From an uncultured delta proteobacterium (GTDB taxonomy: Bacteria; Myxococcota; B64-G9): DNA of 64,000 bases. Shown piece by piece: positions 40,967 to 50,987 of the stretch. Where the stretch lies: the NCBI GenBank assembly GCA_963754925.1, contig CAVWHX010000001.1, forward strand, positions 201,144 to 265,143, written 5' to 3'. Position 1 is the stretch's first letter. Each line of letters opens with the position of its first letter. Made by a program: the position numbers and the translations under genes. A model generated the notes under the pieces. That model searched no databases and was not told the DNA's origin. It worked only from the letters and a program-made list of their open reading frames with translations.

Positions 40967-40997
40967 GGAAATTAGCACCCGTGCTAACACATGTCAA
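40967..40997 (-). promoter_or_regulatory. alaS sigma70 promoter overlapped by a 16-bp palindrome
   Basis: TTGACA-17-TAATTT on minus strand; TTAGCAC-CC-GTGCTAA at 40972-40987. Confidence 0.6.
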
Positions 40998-41075
40998 CTG
41001 AACATAGATCGCTACACCAGGGCATTCCCGCCCACGACGGAACGATCGGTATATTTTTCCGTAACGATGACGGGG

Positions 41076-41405
41076 CTATTTTTTCGAGGATGAAGGTGTT
41101 TCGCCGGACTTAGAATCTGTTTTTTGTGCAGAATCCTTCGAGGAGTCAGTTTTGGAGTCGACCTTGGAATCAGTCCTGATATCACTTTTGGATTCAGTCT
41201 TTTTACTTCGAGCGGCCGCATTTGTTGAACGGGCGTAATCGGTGACGTACCAGCCGGTGCCTTTGAGTTGAAACGAGGAGGTAGAAATTAATTTGTGAAG
41301 TTTTCCTCCACACTTTTTACATTTTTCTAAAGGTTTTTCCGAAAACCTCTGGAGTTGCTCAAATTCGTCACCGCACTTCGTACAAACATATTCATAAATC
41401 GGCAT
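41076..41405 (-). CDS. FmdB-family zinc-ribbon protein
   Basis: [12 protein letters not shown]...CKKCGG...[13 protein letters not shown]. Confidence 0.92.
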   Translation of the reverse strand: MPIYEYVCTKCGDEFEQLQRFSEKPLEKCKKCGGKLHKLISTSSFQLKGTGWYVTDYARSTNAAARSKKTESKSDIRTDSKVDSKTDSSKDSAQKTDSKSGETPSSSKK

Positions 41406-41705
41406 CTCGCCAATCCTCCATCAAAATTCAAAAAAAATATAGGCCCTGATTGCTTAGATGTCAAGGTCACTAAGCTATAGGTAACGGGCCAGTTAGAGGC
41501 TTAATCATACCCACCAACAAGCGATACTACCGGAATACAGAGGTACTGATAAATACAGTGCTTTCATTTCGTTATGCCTATGAGCTGTGAAGTAATGAAT
41601 TTGACAACCTTGTATTCACATGCAAAACTGTACCAGTAGTTACGCTGAACTTTATGCCGTGATCACCATCGTACCTTAGTTGAGGGTTCTTACGGGACAC
41701 GTTCA

Positions 41706-42648
41706 ATGAATGGAAGAATTCTCGTCGTTGACGACGACCCCATCAACCGCAAGGCGGTGGCTGCTGCCTTAACAAAAGCCGGCCATGAAGTGGTCGTCGG
41801 GGCCGACGGCCAAGAAGCTCTAGCACGCCTCCGGGAAGGCAGATTAGATTTGATTGTCATGGATGTTCAAATGCCTGGGCTGGGAGGCAGAGAAGTCTGT
41901 CGCATTATAAAAAGCAACAAAAGTTTTGGATTCATACCTGTAATCTTGATGACTTCGACCGACGATGTTCAAGTTAAGGTTGAAGGATTGGAGATAGGGG
42001 CTGATGATTTCTTGTTCAAGCCGCTCAATTGGCTTGAGTTGAGCGCGCGGGTTAAAGTTATGCTGCGCCTCAAAAAGATGCAAGATCAGTTGAACGAAGC
42101 CAACGAGGATTTAAGGAAAAAAAACGAACAGTTGAATGAATTATCAACCACTGACGCCCTGATGGGAATATACAACCGCTTGTTCTTCCAGAATCGGATA
42201 TCTTACGAGTTCCAACGGGCCCAACGTTACAATAAACCGTTGTCGCTGTTAATCATCGGATCTTGACCATTTTAAACAGATAAACGATCAGCATGGGCAC
42301 CTTTTCGGCGATCTTATCTTAAAACAGCTTGCCACCATGCTACGTACGAGTGTCCGCGAGGTCGATTTCTTGGCCCGGTACGGAGGGGAAGAGATTGTCG
42401 TGATCTGCCCTGAAACCGATAGTAACGGCGCCATGAATCTCGCCGAGCGGATCCGATCAGATGTTGAAAAGCACGAGTTTGGAGATGAAAAACAGAAAAC
42501 CAACATCACGGTGAGTCTTGGCCTAGTCGAAGTGCCGAACGAGCAAATCAACAATGTATCTGATATGTTAAGGGCAGCTGATGAAGCCCTGTACCGTGCC
42601 AAGGCCGCCGGTCGAAATTGCTTTCGCCATGCTTTTTCGAAGGATTGA
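41706..42648 (+). CDS. Response regulator-diguanylate cyclase (REC-GGDEF), frameshift near 42258
   Basis: ILVVDDD, DVQMP; after the shift DLDHFKQINDQHGH, REVD I-site, RYGGEEI. Confidence 0.9.
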
Positions 42649-42682
42649 TGCTGTTATAAAAGCTCTCGTTGTTCCCAGCGCT

Positions 42683-45058
42683 TTAGTGAGGATCCGCACA
42701 GCAACGTAAGCCGACGTCGTCTTTTTGAGAGGTTGGCGCAAGGTTGCCTCGAGCAGCGCATCGCGCAGCCCAATTTGGTCTCGAAAAGGAACCTCCCCGT
42801 AGGGCGTTATCACCCTCCCCGGGACTACTGGTCCATTCGCTGGCATTGCCACTCATGTCGAAAACCCCAAATGGGCTTGTGCATTTTTCGTACTTCCCCG
42901 ATGGCGCAATCGAACGATTCCTGCCGTTGCCGTCTCTCGTATTGCAGATATCCGGATCAAAATGATCGCCGTACGGAAAGCTGCGGCTGCCGCCGCCGTT
43001 ACAGGCATACTCCCACTCTTCCTCGGTACACAGCCGCTTGCCTCTCTTCTTGCATAGTTGTTCGGCTTGGGAATACGACACACCCACCAGGGGGGTGGTT
43101 TTCGGTTCGTTGGGGTATTCATAGCGATCAACACAAAAAGCCTGCATGTTCATGCTGTGCAGCTTGTCCTCGCCAAAGTTCCGCAACGGATCGTTGATGG
43201 CACTTCCGAGCAGCGCTTTTCCAGCTGGAATTTCAACCATGCCGGGCATACAGTCCTTTTTAGTATCGTTGGCGGCGCCCGTCACCGGAGAATGACTATC
43301 GGTTTCAGAGCGTACTTCGGAACCAAGCTTGTCGTTGGCTGACTTTTGTTCCCGGTCAGTTCCATCCGGTTTCCCTGGAAGCTTTTGTGCGTCGCCGGGC
43401 TGGTTCTGGCTGCGCTTGTGTTCCGCAGCGGCAGCCCACGGCATCTCCTGGCAATTCGCAGCACGATCGGGTGCGCAAAAGCCGGCATACATAAGTAAGT
43501 CACCGGCCTGATGAGCGTCGGTGGCAGGATTGGTTCCTGCCCCGTTGGAGTTAACATGATCCATTTTCCGCAACGCTTGTTGCGCTGATTCTAATTGGGT
43601 TTGAAGGGAATGGATGTACCTTTCCAAGAGGAACCCGCCAATAATCAACACCGCTACTATCACCCCATGCACCAGATACCATATGAGCCGCACGGTGGAT
43701 CGGTTAGCTGCAGCGGTGTCAGCTAACGGAGGCTTAGAAGGAATCGCACGGAGAGCTTCCGGCGCTTCAGACTGAGCGGCAACTGGAAGGGTAATGGGTA
43801 GCGCCAACGGCACATGCACCGTATCGGATGGTGGAGGCGCAGACGGTTGCTGAGGCTTCGCAGTAGGTGGTGGTTCTGTAGGCGGCGCAGCCACCGCTAC
43901 GTCCGGAGATGGGGCTTTTACACTCGGCATCGTCGGCGGGTGTGGGTCGCCTGCTATAGCCGATTCGCGAACGTCGATGCCAGGAGAAGTTTTCCTGCGT
44001 TTGGAGGGAAGCACGGGCGGAACGGAAGCTGCCGAGCGCGCTGGCGCTGGACGGGGCGGCGCCTTGTCCGGCCGAACGCCGCCGATAGCGCGGTGTAATT
44101 CATCAAAGAATTCGTGTACCGTTTGCGTGCGTTGGGCCGGATTTTGGCGAAGTGTTTTATTGAGCAACGGTGCGAGAGTCTTGTGTTCCTCGGGCAACGG
44201 CGGCAGCAGCGCCTGGGAGCCTTCGTAGATCTTGCCGGTCAGTATCTCGCATAGGATTACGCCCAACGAGTAGGTATCGGCCGTCGGTCCTATCGTAATG
44301 GTTGAATCGCGGGACCTAATTTCCGGGGCGAGGTACGAACCGCGGTTGGCAAAGCCCATTTGTGCGATGACGAAATTCTTTTGCGGAAGAGCCATAAACA
44401 TGCCGAAGTCGGTTATCATCAGGGTGTTCGGCAGGATGATGATGTTGTCGGGCTTGAGATCGCCATGAACCATAATCCGATGCGCCCGCCCCAATACCTG
44501 ACATAGGTGCGAGAAGATCGGCTCAATTTCCTTTTTGAGGAATTGTTGGTTTTTTTCCTTACGGAGCTTAATGATCTTGCGCAGGCTCAGGCCCTCGAGC
44601 AGCTGCATGGTGATGAAGATCGTGTCGTTTATTTGGTTGCAATCATAGATTCGCGCCACGTTAGGATGATTCAGCTTGCGCGACGTACGAATTGCGGCCA
44701 AGAAACGCTTGCTCTCTTCGTGATCGGTTAGAAGGGTTGGAGAAATTACTTTCAGGGCCACATCAAAATCATCTTTCGTGTCGTGCGCGCGGTAGACGGT
44801 CCCAATCGGGCCAACGCCCAACACGTCACGAATTTCGTACCGGTCAACCAGCAGCTCACCGATTCTCAAGGTGGCGCCGATATCTTCAAGCGTTTTTCTG
44901 GTGAGCCGAGGAGTTACCTTTACCTCAGCGGCGGTTCCACTCTTGGATAGTCTTTTAGAATCGACAAACTGCTGACCACACTGCTTGCAAGACAAACTGC
45001 CATCTGGATTATAGCTGCCGCAACGGTAACACAGCACGGGAGGTGCTCCTTGGCTCAA
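42683..45058 (-). CDS. Ser/Thr protein kinase with TM and C-terminal FGE-sulfatase domain
   Basis: Zn ribbon, VALK, HGDLKPDN, DFG, YLAPE; KRLCTEEEWEYAC, DMSGNASEW, GLRCC. Confidence 0.9.
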   Translation of the reverse strand: MSQGAPPVLCYRCGSYNPDGSLSCKQCGQQFVDSKRLSKSGTAAEVKVTPRLTRKTLEDIGATLRIGELLVDRYEIRDVLGVGPIGTVYRAHDTKDDFDVALKVISPTLLTDHEESKRFLAAIRTSRKLNHPNVARIYDCNQINDTIFITMQLLEGLSLRKIIKLRKEKNQQFLKKEIEPIFSHLCQVLGRAHRIMVHGDLKPDNIIILPNTLMITDFGMFMALPQKNFVIAQMGFANRGSYLAPEIRSRDSTITIGPTADTYSLGVILCEILTGKIYEGSQALLPPLPEEHKTLAPLLNKTLRQNPAQRTQTVHEFFDELHRAIGGVRPDKAPPRPAPARSAASVPPVLPSKRRKTSPGIDVRESAIAGDPHPPTMPSVKAPSPDVAVAAPPTEPPPTAKPQQPSAPPPSDTVHVPLALPITLPVAAQSEAPEALRAIPSKPPLADTAAANRSTVRLIWYLVHGVIVAVLIIGGFLLERYIHSLQTQLESAQQALRKMDHVNSNGAGTNPATDAHQAGDLLMYAGFCAPDRAANCQEMPWAAAAEHKRSQNQPGDAQKLPGKPDGTDREQKSANDKLGSEVRSETDSHSPVTGAANDTKKDCMPGMVEIPAGKALLGSAINDPLRNFGEDKLHSMNMQAFCVDRYEYPNEPKTTPLVGVSYSQAEQLCKKRGKRLCTEEEWEYACNGGGSRSFPYGDHFDPDICNTRDGNGRNRSIAPSGKYEKCTSPFGVFDMSGNASEWTSSPGEGDNALRGGSFSRPNWAARCAARGNLAPTSQKDDVGLRCCADPH

Positions 45059-45296
45059 TTATCGTAAGTAGTGGACAATGCTCGTATCGCCATCCGATCA
45101 GGCAACGACCCTTAATCATACACATCCACCTAGACGGTACATACGTACGGGTACTTCCTTCACCGAGCCCAAACTTTCTGACAATAGTCTAGTCGGTCAT
45201 GTTACTTTTTGCAAATGTTGAAACGTTAATAAGGCAGGTTTTCGCAGGCAACATTCTGGAAAGAGCGGACTGTTGGGTTGCAATTGTTTGGCACTA

Positions 45297-45743
45297 TCAC
45301 CGCCCGGTGGAACCAAAACCGCCATCGTCTCTGGTCGAGCTCGGCAGCTCATTGACTAGTTGCCAGGCTGCGTGAATCACCGGGCCAATTACGAGTTGCG
45401 CGATTCTATCTCCACGCTGTACGGTCACTGGCGTATCACCCAGGTTGATCAGCAGAACACCTATCTCGCCGCGGTAATCGCAGTCGATTGTCCCCGGGGC
45501 ATTAGCCACCGTCAATCCAAAGCGCTTGGCCAGTCCACTGCGTGGACGAACTTGGGCTTCCAAGCCTTCGGGCAAGGCGATCATATACCCGGTCGGTATC
45601 AACGCGCGGTCGCCCGGTTGAATAACGAGGTTCTGCTCAAGTGCCGCCTGAAGATCCATGCCGGCCGATCCCGGTGTTTGGTAGGTGGGGAGGGGGAGAT
45701 CCCGAGAATGCGGGAGGCGCTTGATAGCGACATTAATTCCCAT
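45297..45743 (-). CDS. dut: dUTP pyrophosphatase
   Basis: AGMDL, RPRSGLA, GTIDCDYRGE, RDDGGFGSTG. Confidence 0.97.
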   Translation of the reverse strand: MGINVAIKRLPHSRDLPLPTYQTPGSAGMDLQAALEQNLVIQPGDRALIPTGYMIALPEGLEAQVRPRSGLAKRFGLTVANAPGTIDCDYRGEIGVLLINLGDTPVTVQRGDRIAQLVIGPVIHAAWQLVNELPSSTRDDGGFGSTGR

Positions 45744-45788
45744 ACCTAAACGTACTCTTTATAAAAGCCCTCTATGAGGTTTCAGGCC

Positions 45789-47889
45789 TTAAGGTTGCTG
45801 GTTAAGAGCTTCTTTGCGTGAGAGACGGATCTTTCCCTGACGGTCGATTCCCACGACCTTGACGAGTACTTCATCGCCTTCGCGCAAGACATCGGTAACC
45901 TTTTCCACTCGTTTATCGGACAGCTCGCTGATATGCAGCAATCCGTCGGTTCCCGGAAAAATCTCACAAAAGGCTCCAAAATCGGTAATGCGCCGCACCG
46001 TGGCCATGTATAACTTACCGACTTCAGCCTCCTGGGTGAGTTCGTTGATTATCTTGATTGCCTGTCGGGTGGCTTCGGGATTGTTGGATCCCACACGCAC
46101 GGTGCCGTCATCTTCGACATCGATGGAACAACCGGTCCTGGCGACGATATCTTTTATAACACGGCCGCCGGGGCCAATGATGTCTTTGATGCGCTCGGGT
46201 TTAACCTGCAGGGTGGTGATGCGCGGCGCATAGGGGCTGAGGTCAGGACGGGGGGCCGGCAAGGCCTTGGCCATTTCGCTTAACACGTGAAGTCTGGCTT
46301 CGCGGGCCTGATTCAGTGCGCGCTCGAGCACCTTCTGATCGACGCCGCTAATTTTGATGTCCATTTGGATGGCGGTGATGCCGTTGTTCGTTCCGGCTAC
46401 CTTAAAATCCATATCGCCGAGATGATCTTCATCGCCGAGAATATCGGTCAGGATATGAAACTGGTTGTCCTCCTTGATGAGCCCCATAGCCACGCCGGCC
46501 ACCGGGTTGGTGATTTTCACGCCTGCGTCCATCAGCGATAGACAGCCGCCACAAACGGTTGCCATTGAGGAAGAACCATTCGATTCCAAAATATCGGAGA
46601 CCACTCGAATGGTATACGGAAAACCATCATGATTGGGCAGCACACTTTTCAGGGCGCGTTCGGCCAGGGCGCCGTGACCAATCTCGCGACGGCCAGGCCC
46701 GCGTATGGGGCGCACCTCGCCGACCGAAAACGACGGGAAATTGTAATGGAGCATGAAATGCTTATGGAACTCGGCTTCTAAGTTCTCGATCAGCTGTTCA
46801 TCCTGAGAAGTGCCGAGGGTGGTCGTTACAATCGCCTGGGTTTCACCGCGGCTAAAGAGCGCCGAACCATGCGCGCGGGGCAGGACACCGACCTCGCAGG
46901 TTATCGGCCGCACCACGTCGAGTTTTCGACCATCGAGGCGCCTGCCCTGTTTGGCAATAGTACCGCGGACTAATTGGCGCTTGAGCTGCTCGATTTCTTC
47001 GAAGACATTGAGTTCGAGGTCGTCCAATTCAGGAAGCTTTTCGCCAACCTTGGCCAGGGCCTCTTCGGCCAAACGATCGAAGAATTGGTTGCGCGCCTGC
47101 TTCTCGGGGTAGTTGTAAACATCTTGTAGGTGCTCTTCAAGCCAGGGGCGAATCAGAGAGCTCAGTTCCGGTGGTATATGACGGGGCGTAAACTGACGCT
47201 TCGGTTTTCCGACCTGGGCGACAATCTCCTCTTCGGCCACGATAATCGGTTGGCAGTGTTCAAAGGCGAACAGCAACGCCGTTATTATTTCTTTTTCGCT
47301 CATGTCCTTAGCTTCGCCCTCGACCATACAAATTGCTTCACGGGTGGCTGAGACGACCAGGTCGAGAGCACTTCGTTCGAGTTGCTTGAAGGTCGGGTTG
47401 ATAACGAGCTGTCCGTCCACATGCCCCACCCGCACGGTGGCTAGGGGGCCTTGAAAGGGGATGTCTGAAAGAGAAACGGCCAACGAGGTGCCGATCGAAG
47501 CCAGGATATCAGGTGGGTTGAGCGGGTCGGCGGAAAGCACCATGGCTTGCACCTGCACCTCGGTGTTAGAACGCTTTCGGAAATAACGGCCGAATGCCGC
47601 GATCCATGATGCGACAGGTAAGAATCTCGGTCTCGGTTGGCCGGCCCTCACGTTTGAAGAAGCCGCCGGGAATCTTTCCGGCCGCCGAAGATTTTTCTCG
47701 GTAGTCGACGGTCAACGGAAGGAAGTCCGGCGTACCCTCCTTTGCCTTCTTGGCGGCGACAGCGGCAATCAGAACCACCGTCTCGCCAAGGCGAACCAAA
47801 CAGGAGCCATCCGTTTGACGGGCGACGCGCCCCACGTCTAAGGTGATCTCTTGGTCACCAATAGGAACACGCTTAATGATAGGTTTCAT
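45789..47889 (-). CDS. pnp: Polyribonucleotide nucleotidyltransferase, frameshift near 47575
   Basis: [21 protein letters not shown] (ORF 47566-47916); [25 protein letters not shown] and S1 domains. Confidence 0.97.
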
Positions 47890-47986
47890 CGTTTGAACCT
47901 TTCTCTCGTAGAGCAAAGACGGTCTTGTAAAGATATTACTTGAGGGACCGTTCCCGTAATCGAAACCCTAGGTGACCCAAAGACGG

Positions 47987-48002
47987 TGGCACTTGGTATG
48001 CA
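47987..48002 (+). promoter_or_regulatory. Candidate sigma54 (-24/-12) promoter, antisense to rpsO-pnp
   Basis: TGGCACTTGGTATGCA = TGGCAC with GG-N10-GC spacing. Confidence 0.45.
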
Positions 48003-48012
48003 AACGAGAGCG

Positions 48013-48072
48013 ATTAGTTCTTGGTCTTTCGTCTCCAGCCTCAGGGTTCGAGAGGAAAGATCGAGAACCAAT
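48013..48072. other. Long stem-loop in the rpsO-pnp spacer (candidate sRNA or RNase III site)
   Basis: ATTAGTTCTTGGTCTTTCGTCTC...GAGAGGAAAGATCGAGAACCAAT inverted repeat. Confidence 0.7.
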
Positions 48073-48135
48073 TGCTCCCTGCCAAACCTCCGCGTACCGG
48101 ATACCGTACCGGATGCGTCTAGGGAAAGCCTCCTT

Positions 48136-48405
48136 TTATTTTCGGATGCCCAACTTGTTTATAATAACGCGATACCGTTCTTCATCGTGGTGCCGTACGT
48201 AATCTAACAGGCGCCGGCGTTTGCTGACCAACATCAAAAGACCCCGCCGAGAGTGATGATCTTTCTTATGAGCCTTGAAATGGTCCGTCAAGTAAGAGAT
48301 TCGCGCGGTAATCAGGGCTATCTGAACTTCAGGTGAACCGGTGTCTTTGTCATGAATTTTATGTTGTCCGATAATATCGGTTTTTTCGCCCGGCTTGAAA
48401 GTCAT
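48136..48405 (-). CDS. rpsO: 30S ribosomal protein S15
   Basis: [23 protein letters not shown]. Confidence 0.98.
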   Translation of the reverse strand: MTFKPGEKTDIIGQHKIHDKDTGSPEVQIALITARISYLTDHFKAHKKDHHSRRGLLMLVSKRRRLLDYVRHHDEERYRVIINKLGIRK

Positions 48406-48482
48406 CTTTGGGGATCCTCCTCATTTTCAAAATAAGTCATCTACATACCGTAGATTGCGCGGAGCCTATTCTTTTCTTCTTG

Positions 48483-49439
48483 TTATGTCAATACTTTTTC
48501 ACCGGCGCGCGACCGAAAGGGGTACAGCACCCGCAGAATCTTCATTCCGGCTTCGCCGCTATCGTTGCTTCTGAGTTCTGCAAGCACATATACGTCCTTG
48601 GTAACCGGCCGAAAACAGACCACCGGTGCTCTTGTCGATTGAAGACCAAGTGCGGCGAGCTCGGCTCCAGATAGGACCTGTCCATGGCCGAGTTTGGCTC
48701 CGTACTCGGTGCTGACCTCAACGGTTAGGAAGCGCGCGAGCACCTGTTCGAGCGGAATGATAACGTCTGCCAGGGTGCTTCGCTTCAATTTCTCAAGAGA
48801 AATAGCGTCTTCGAGACAGTACCCGGCCGCTTCGGTCCGTGTCAGCTCCCGGAGATGTCCAACGGTTCCAAGAACTCGAGCCAGCCCATCCGCGAGCGTA
48901 CGGATGTACGTACCGGCACTGCAGACAATATCTAGCTTAATCCAGTCGTTTCCGTGTTCGATCATTTCTATGCTGCCGATGCGAACTTTTCTTGAGGGGC
49001 GCGCAACGTCAATTCCCTCGCGGGCTAGTTCGTACAGGCGCCGTCCCCGATGGTGGATAGCCGAATACATCGGCGGGATTTGCGTGATTTCGCCTTTAAA
49101 ATTCTCAAGAGCTGCAGTAATCTGTTCGTTGCTGAGAACCGGCAGCGGCTTGCGGTCAACCTCTCGGCCGGCGGCATCGAAGGTATCGGTGGCTTGGCCC
49201 AGGGCAACGGTCGCCAGGTAATGTTTGTCCGTTGCGGATAGATACGAAAGTATTTTTGTAGCTTCCCCCAAAGCAATGGGCAATAACCCGGTGGCGAGAG
49301 GGTCGAGCGTGCCCGCGTGCCCGACCTTGAGGGGATGGACCAGGCGCTTGATTTGATCCACCACATCGAACGAGGTGCAGCCGCTCGGCTTGTCGATCAA
49401 CACCACGCCAGGGGGCAAGAAACGGTTCGCGGGGTTCAT
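48483..49439 (-). CDS. truB: tRNA pseudouridine(55) synthase
   Basis: KVGHAGTLDPLATGLL, QIPPMYSA, CSAGTYIRTL. Confidence 0.97.
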   Translation of the reverse strand: MNPANRFLPPGVVLIDKPSGCTSFDVVDQIKRLVHPLKVGHAGTLDPLATGLLPIALGEATKILSYLSATDKHYLATVALGQATDTFDAAGREVDRKPLPVLSNEQITAALENFKGEITQIPPMYSAIHHRGRRLYELAREGIDVARPSRKVRIGSIEMIEHGNDWIKLDIVCSAGTYIRTLADGLARVLGTVGHLRELTRTEAAGYCLEDAISLEKLKRSTLADVIIPLEQVLARFLTVEVSTEYGAKLGHGQVLSGAELAALGLQSTRAPVVCFRPVTKDVYVLAELRSNDSGEAGMKILRVLYPFRSRAGEKVLT

Positions 49440-50764
49440 TCGTTTAAACTGGCTTCGACCGCTTGGTAAATTCGCTCGCGTATCTCCTCCAGCGTTCCTT
49501 TGAGGTTGCAGCCGGCGGCATTGGCGTGACCGCCGCCGCCGAATTGCTCGGAGATTTCGGCGACGTTCACTTGTCCACGCGAACGGAAACTGACCTTGTA
49601 GACATATGCCCCGATTTCGCGAAATTGAATGGCCACTTCGACGCCTTCGATCCCTCGCGGATAGTTGATAAATCCATCGATCTCCGCCTCTGTCGAGCCG
49701 GTTTTCGTAAACATCTCTTGGGTTATGACGATCGAGCCATAACGACCGCTGCTGTCCACCTCAAGCGTCGACAGGACTAAGGCAAGGAGACGGAGCCGGC
49801 TTATAGGTTGCGATTCGTAAACTTGTAACGCAACTTCCCAAGGGTCAACGCCGCGCTGAAGCATCCGCGCGCAGGCGGACATAGTTGCCGGACTGGTATT
49901 GGAGTACCTAAAGGAGCCGGTATCGGAAAGGATCGAAGTGTAGATGCACTCGGCGAGCTCGACGGAGATCTCAATTTCCATGTATTGGCACAACCGATCG
50001 ATGAGCTCACCCACTGAGGACGCGGCCGGATCGACCAGATAGGCCTTCCCCAGCGGCGTGAGGGTGCGGTGGTGGTCGATGCTGATCAAGGTGCCCAATC
50101 GCTCGGCCGGGGGCAGGGGGCCAAGGCGATCGAGATCGCTGCAATCGAGGATTACTGTGGCGTCAAAAGGTTCTTCACCGGGTTGGCGCCTGACCTCTCC
50201 GGCGCCCGGGAGGAACTGGTAATTGCTCGGGACCGGATCAGGATTGTAGATTACGGCTTCCTTGCCAAGGGAGGTGAGGAGATGGCCCATCGCCAGCATT
50301 GAGGCAACGGCGTCGCCGTCGGGGTTTTTGTGGCTGGTGATGAGAAAACGCCGGGATGCTTTGAGGGCGCGGGCGACTTCTTCAACGGATCCGCGCGGCC
50401 GGGTCGGATCGTCCCAACCCTCTTGTTTGCGCACTTCCGAAAGCAAGCGCTCAATGCGATCGCCCGTGTCGAGACTTTGATCGTAGCGGAAGCTGAGTTC
50501 GGGGATGATTTTGAGGTGAAGGCGTTTCCTCAAGGTATTTCTGATGAATCCCGCGGCGCTCTGCAGGCCCTCGCGCGATTGTTCGCGTTCCTGTTCGGTC
50601 CCGGGAGAGGAAAAAAACACAAAGGCCTGACTGAAATCGCGGGTGACCTCAACGCCGGTGATGGTGACAAACCCGATCCGCGGATCTTTGAGCCCTTTCA
50701 GCAGGAGGCCGCTGATTTCTTCTCCAATTTGATCCGCAATTCGCTGAAGACGATACGCAGTCAT
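49436..50764 (-). CDS. rbfA: Ribosome-binding factor A fused to a DHH/DHHA1 phosphoesterase (NrnA-like)
   Basis: N-terminal LKDPRIGFVTIT...PELSFRYD; then HKNPDGDA, IDHH, DTGSF, FGGGGHANAAG in one frame. Confidence 0.9.
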   Translation of the reverse strand: MTAYRLQRIADQIGEEISGLLLKGLKDPRIGFVTITGVEVTRDFSQAFVFFSSPGTEQEREQSREGLQSAAGFIRNTLRKRLHLKIIPELSFRYDQSLDTGDRIERLLSEVRKQEGWDDPTRPRGSVEEVARALKASRRFLITSHKNPDGDAVASMLAMGHLLTSLGKEAVIYNPDPVPSNYQFLPGAGEVRRQPGEEPFDATVILDCSDLDRLGPLPPAERLGTLISIDHHRTLTPLGKAYLVDPAASSVGELIDRLCQYMEIEISVELAECIYTSILSDTGSFRYSNTSPATMSACARMLQRGVDPWEVALQVYESQPISRLRLLALVLSTLEVDSSGRYGSIVITQEMFTKTGSTEAEIDGFINYPRGIEGVEVAIQFREIGAYVYKVSFRSRGQVNVAEISEQFGGGGHANAAGCNLKGTLEEIRERIYQAVEASLNE

Positions 50765-50772
50765 GAAGGCAG

Positions 50773-50801
50773 AATCTAGTTCGTGAAACCAAGACTGTCA
50801 A
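50773..50801 (-). promoter_or_regulatory. sigma70 promoter of rbfA-DHH, probably leaderless
   Basis: TTGACA-17-TAGATT-8 nt-ATG, no SD. Confidence 0.65.
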
Positions 50802-50987
50802 TCTTTGCTTGAAAGGCATGGGTTATCAAGATCATTTGCCAGCGGCCGAGTTTTTTCAGAAAATAGTATATTGACGCTCGATGATCCTTATGCTACATAT
50901 TACCACATGTAGGATTGATGCATTCGCTAACTCCCACGTGATTCGAAGGATTAATTTTAGTGGCTATGCAATATTTTAGGAGTATCA

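Noticed and set aside
40972..40987. Canonical CIRCE/HrcA operator
   Set aside because: Spacer is 2 bp rather than the TC-N9-GA core, and no chaperone gene is adjacent
41420..41700. c-di-GMP or other riboswitch upstream of the diguanylate cyclase
   Set aside because: Only divergent sigma70-like promoters are visible; no recognisable aptamer motifs
47560..47600. Programmed frameshifting or true pseudogenisation of pnp and other split genes
   Set aside because: No consistent slippery motifs; indels hit many unrelated conserved genes, which is typical of sequencing error
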